DNA of 64,000 nt from the human T2T-CHM13v2.0 reference genome, Homo sapiens: assembly GCF_009914755.1 (NCBI RefSeq), contig NC_060944.1. The stretch is one strand, 5' to 3'. The position numbers were made by a program, and so were the translations under genes. Below are positions 35,581 to 64,000 of the stretch, piece after piece. Under the pieces are notes generated by a model that saw only the letters and a program-made list of their open reading frames with translations, did no database searches and was not told the origin of the DNA. Position 1 is the first letter of the stretch. Every line of letters starts with the position of its first letter.

Positions 35581-37087
35581 CTCTCCCTGTTTATGGATTT
35601 TCTACAGGACTCTGTTGTGTGTCTGGTGACGTTATAGAAGGTGCGGGGGTAGAGGAGCAGCCTCTTCCATTCTAGAGAAGGGCTTGGATGCCATGCTGGG
35701 CAGCAGCAGCACAAGACAAGCTGAGTCCCTGCCCTGGGGGCTCATGGCCTAGTGGGGAGACACAGACCTACAGGAATCAGGTCTATGAATACTGGTTTCA
35801 TCACTGCTGGTGGTGGGTAAAGGGAGCTCAGAGAGTGCGTGATGGGGCATGTGCAGGTTGGGGGCATCCGGGAAGGGGGTGGCAGTGACATTTCAGTGGA
35901 GGTTTCAGAATGAAGACACGGTGCCAGTGTGGTGGGACAAGTATTCTGGGAATGCGTATCAGTCTGTGCCAGGGGCCTGAGGCAGGGAGAGGCTGAGTTC
36001 TAGGGGCAGAAGAAGGCACTGTTCTCAGAGCACTGTGGGCAAGGACAAAAGAGGAGTGCGATGAAGCCACAGGGGCCGGCAGGGACAGGCCCAGGCAGAG
36101 GCTGCAACATGATCCTGAGAGCTGTGGGAAGCCCCCGAGTGTGGTGGGACCCAGGCCCAGAATAGGGCTGGGGAGGGGCTGCACGTTGGCACCTGCCAGG
36201 AGAGGCTTTTTGCAGCCCTGCCCGTGGCAGATGCTCAGGGAAGGGTGGTTTTTCCTGTCTCCTGCTCCAGTGTGGGTGGCCAGGCCACTGGTGAGGCCTC
36301 TCCCCTCGGCACGGGGCACTGTGGCAGTGCTTGTCTTACCTCTCTGGGCCTGAGGATATCCAGCTGTGGCCACAGGCGGGACCTCAGGAAGGAGGGGCCA
36401 GGAATGGCCTGCTCCCGGTGCTTTGCCCCGCGGGCCCTGTCCTTCCGTTCTGCTGTGCCCAAACAGCCTCAGGTAGCGCAGGTCGCTGCGGGCTTGCTCC
36501 TTTGACTGCTACTGCCCCCTCCTCAGCAGTGCAGCCATGCTGTCCTTGGTTCCACAGAGATGTCACCTCCTGCTGCCCTTCTGTAAAGCCCGCATGTGGC
36601 ACGTGCTTTCCCTGCAGCCTGTTCTGAGCACATTGAATCCCCACAGTCACGAGGGGCTCTCCAATGAGCAGCCCCACCTTGCAGATGAAACTGGCCCCCT
36701 TGAGGGGCATGTTGCCCACTGTCACACGTAGCTGCGGGCAGAGCCGGTGCCACTTCCAGCCCGGCATCCTCCTGATCCCTGCTCCCCTAGGAGTGGCCAC
36801 TCACCAGGACCGACTGAGAGAGTGAGGGAGGGACAGGCTGATGGACGTTCCCCAAGGTTGGGGGCCCTAGAGTCGGCCCGCACTTCTTGTCCTTTGAAGC
36901 CTCAGGTTCCCACATGCTGCCTCGCACTGGAGCAGCCAATGAAACTTGAACAAATGCTTTCATTTTGGGTATATCGAACCAAAAACAATGGCACCCAGTG
37001 AATTTATTTTGCTACTCTAGTAGAATTTTTGTAGGCTTTGGAAGTACACAGACATTATTTTCTCCTTGGCAGGAATGGGCTATGTGA

Positions 37088-56582
<19,495 letters not shown>

Positions 56583-57680
56583 TGGCCGAGCCATCCCTGT
56601 CCCCGTCAGCAGTGTCTGTGTGTCTGCATAAACCCTCCTGTCCTGGACGTGACTTCATCCTGAGGAGCCACAGCACAGGCCGTGCTGGCACTTTCTGCAC
56701 ACTGGCTCTGGGACTTGCAGAAGGCCTGGTGCTGCCCTGGCATCAGCCTCTTCCAGTCACATCTGGCCAGAGGGCTGTCTGGACCTGGGCCCTGCTCAAT
56801 GCCACCTGTCTGCCTGGGCTCCAAGTGGGCAGGACCAGGACAGAACCACAGGCACACACTGAGGGGGCAGTGTGGCTCCCTGCCTGTCCCATCCCCATGC
56901 CCCGTCCGCGGGGCTGTGGCTGCTGCTGTGCATGTCCCTGCGATGGGAGTCTTGTCTCCCAGCCTGTCAGTTTCCTCCCCAGGGCAGAGCTCCCCTTCCT
57001 GCGAGAGTCTGGGAGGCGGTGCAGGCTGTCCTGGCTGCTCTGGGGAAGCCGAGGGACAGCCATAACACCCCCGGGACAGTAGGTCTGGGCGGCACCACTG
57101 GGAACTCTGGACTTGAGTGTGTTTGCCTCTTCCTTGGGTATGAATGTGTGAGTTCACCCAGAGGCCTGCTCTCCTCACACATTGTGTGGTTTGGGGTTAA
57201 TGATGGAGGGAGACACCTCCTCATAGACGGCAGGTGCCCACCTTTCAGGGAGTCTCCCAGCATGGGCGGATGCCGGGCATGAGCTGCTGTAAACTATTTG
57301 TGGCTGTGCTGCTTGAGTGACGTCTCTGTCGTGTGGGTGCCAAGTGCTTGTGTAGAAACTGTGTTCTGAGCCCCCTTTTCTGGACACCAACTGTGTCCTG
57401 TGAATGTATCGCTACTGTGAGCCGTTCCCGCCTAGCCAGGGCCATGTCTTAGGTGCAGCTGTGCCACGGGTCAGCTGAGCCACAGTCCCAGAACCAAGCT
57501 CTCGGTGTCTCGGGCCACCATCCGCCCACCTCGGGCTGACCCCACCTCCTCCATGGACAGTGTGAGCCCCGGGCCGTGCATCCTGCTCAGTGTGGCGTCA
57601 GTGTCGGGGCTGAGCCCCTTGAGCTGCTTCAGTGAATGTACAGTGCCCGGCACGAGCTGAACCTCATGTGTTCCACTCCC

Positions 57681-57686
57681 AATAAA
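57681..57686 (+). terminator. ENTPD6 polyadenylation signal (3'UTR ~1.1 kb)
   Basis: First AATAAA I found after the stop codon, followed by a pyrimidine/U-rich downstream stretch. Confidence 0.85.
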
Positions 57687-59229
57687 AGGTTGACAGGGGC
57701 TTCTCCTTCTCTGGGATTCCTCTTGTTGAGCGACAGTAGCATTTGCCCACCTGGCACCTGAGATCCCTGTTTACTAAACCTTAGAAAAGCTGCCAAAGGG
57801 GGTGGCGTATTTCCAGTCCTGTCGACATCCCTCTCGAGGACACAGCAGTGGAGGGCCCCTGGGGGCTGGGGCTGGTGAAGGGTCTGGCTGGTGGCCCCGG
57901 CCCTCCCAGCGTCTGTTGAGCACAGCTCCTCCTGTGCCAGGCCAGCAGCCCACAGCACGGCCAGGTGAGGCCTGGGCACATAACCTCGAGTGAGCTGCAA
58001 GTCCCCATGTCATTCTGTTCAGCAAGGATCTGGTTTTGGTCTGGAAGCGTCCCAAAGGTGTCGCATGCCAGGGAAACTGCAGACCAGCCCACATCCCGAG
58101 TGCTTGTGCCTGAAGCCCCCCACAACCAACTGTCACAGGAGGACAGGATCTGGCCCTAGGGCCTCCCAGGGCTGCAGCGAATGCTGATGGAGCCACGTGG
58201 TGGAGGCCTGCACAGAGCAGGAAAGGACAAAAGACAAAAAGAGGAACAGTTTCCTCCCTCCCGCCTGGGCTGGGTCCCCGCCAGCGCCTTTACTTCCATA
58301 ATATCCACCAGCTTAAATATTTAAAGAACTCCGGAGGCTGAGAATCAGACGCATGAAGGTAAAGCCAAAATCAATTTGGTCCATTTAAAGAAGGTCGGTG
58401 ACCTCATGCCTGAAAAAGGCAAACAACTGGAAGTTTTCCAAAAGTGCACCAAATAAGTCATGGAATATTTCTGGGCCCGGCAAAGTATGCAAGTCATTTC
58501 TCTCTGAGTGTCTTTTGTGATAATGAAGTAGGCTCTCATTTGTCAAAAATAGCTACACGTGCACATCGTAAAAGAAGCAAACTAGGGTTGCTTGAAAATT
58601 CTGTTCCCTCAGGATGTGTGTATTGACAAGCTCAGACAGGTCTCACACGCCCCACATGCCACCCCAGCCCGCGTACCCCACATCACTTAGCACCCATTGC
58701 TGCCCACTGAGCTGCCTCAGTCCTGCAGTCCCCGTGTTTGGATGGCAGGATCCCAGGGCAGTGAGTTTCAGGGCATAAGCAGACGTTGCCACGTTGCCTT
58801 CAATCCTACTGGACAAGCATCGGTGCTGGCCTCCCCCATGTCCTAACAGCTACAGCCAGTTTAATCTTTGCCATTCTGGCAGATTTAAAAAAATGATAAC
58901 TGGTAGTTTTAATATGCATGGATCTAATTCATCGGGTATATCTAAGTTGTATTTCCGTGAAACATCTGTTCATATCCCTTGCCGATTTTCTATAAGATTG
59001 TCATCATTTTTTTGTTAATTGTAGATCTTTATTTATTAAGGAAATTATCCCATTATGATAGAACGTGTCCAAAAATTTATCTTTTTGTGACTTCTAGGTT
59101 TCATGTCATAATTAGGAAGGCTTCTCCACAGAGATAGTTTTAAAAGTTAACCAAAAGGTATTTTTATATTTTAGTTTCTTAACTTTTGTTAAGAAACTAA
59201 ACGTGCCTGGCCTTGTTTTTTAATTAATT

Positions 59230-62264
<3,035 letters not shown>

Positions 62265-62498
62265 TCACCTGGGCTGTTTCCTGTTTGGAGCTTTATGAAT
62301 AAGGCTTCTGTGAACATTCTTGTGCAAGTCTTTTTATAGGCATAGGTTTTTATTTCATTTGGATGAATATCTAAAGGCAGAATGGCTGGGTCATATGGCA
62401 TGTGAATGTTTAACTTTATAAGAACCTACTGGGCTCGGCGCGGTGGCTCGCGCCTGTAATCCCAGCACTTTGGGAGGCCGAGGCAGGCAGATCACGAG

Positions 62499-62960
62499 TG
62501 TCAGGCCTCTGAGCCCAAGCCAAGCCATCGCATCCCCTGTGACTTGCACGTATACATCCAGATGGCCTGAAGTAACTGAAGATCCACAAAAGAAGTAAAA
62601 ATAGCCTTAACTGATGACATTCCACCATTGTGATTTGTTTCTGCCCCACCCTCACTGATCAATGTACTTTGTAATCTCCACCACCCTTAAGAAGATTCTT
62701 TATAATTTCCCCCACCCTTAAGAAGGTTCTTTGTAATTCTCCCAACCCTTGAGAATGTACTTTGTGAGATCCACCCCAGCCCGCAAAACATTGCTCTTAA
62801 CTTCACCGCCTATCCCAAAACCTATAAGAACTAATGATAATCCACCACCCTTTGCTGACTCTCTTTTCGGGCTCAGCCCGCCTGCACCCAGGTGAAATAA
62901 ACAGCCATGTTGCTCACACAAAGCCTGTTTGGTGATCTCTTCACAGGGACGCGCATGAAA
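62499..62960 (+). mobile_element. HERV-H solo LTR (LTR7 family) inserted in an AluSc-type element (~62431-63195)
   Basis: TGTCAGGCCTCTGAGCCCAAGC start and ...GCGCATGAAA end; 5-bp TSD ACGAG at 62494-62498 and 62961-62965; the Alu resumes in register. Confidence 0.95.
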
Positions 62961-63068
62961 ACGAGGTAAAGAGATCAAGACCATCCTGGCCAACATGGTG
63001 AAACCCTGTCTCTACTAAAAATACAAAAATTGGCTGGGTGTGGTGACGTGTGCCTGTAGCCCCAGCTA

Positions 63069-63308
<240 letters not shown>

Positions 63309-63378
63309 TCAGAGGACTTTTTTTACTGACTCTCCAGACATTGGCATAGTATTCAGCCTTAAAAAGAACTGAATTTCT

Positions 63379-63928
<550 letters not shown>

Positions 63929-64000
63929 CTATGATTCCATTTATGTGAAATGGCCCGTCCACAGAGACAGATTGGTGGTTGCCAGGAGCTGGGGTTGGGA

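Overview
Human genomic DNA, not microbial. The window holds the complete 15-exon ENTPD6 gene (NTPDase6/CD39L2, + strand). I assembled the 484-aa CDS exon by exon from GT/AG sites, from the start at 37088 to TAG at 56582. The CpG-island promoter is at ~25.9-27 kb and the poly(A) signal at 57681. The first 25 kb is repeat-rich: an L1PA 3' half, an ERV-internal-like stretch, a full-length antisense L1PA, solo LTRs and Alus. The last 5 kb is an Alu cluster containing an HERV-H LTR7 solo LTR. I cannot demonstrate a new biological system from sequence alone. The best leads are: (1) the exon-1 ATG is either the main start (exon 2 skipped) or the start of a uORF in a uORF cluster over the annotated start (exon 2 included); (2) an apparently orphan, TSD-flanked, polyadenylated insert at 17.76-19.52 kb; (3) a chain of minus-strand exon-like segments at 6.4-11.2 kb; (4) an intronic minisatellite built as a 2 x 429-bp higher-order repeat; (5) a Y3 RNA retrocopy next to the likely exon 6 branch point; (6) an open L1 ORF0 facing ENTPD6. 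Repeat subfamily names come from recalled consensus sequences, and repeat boundaries are approximate unless a TSD or TIR is quoted.
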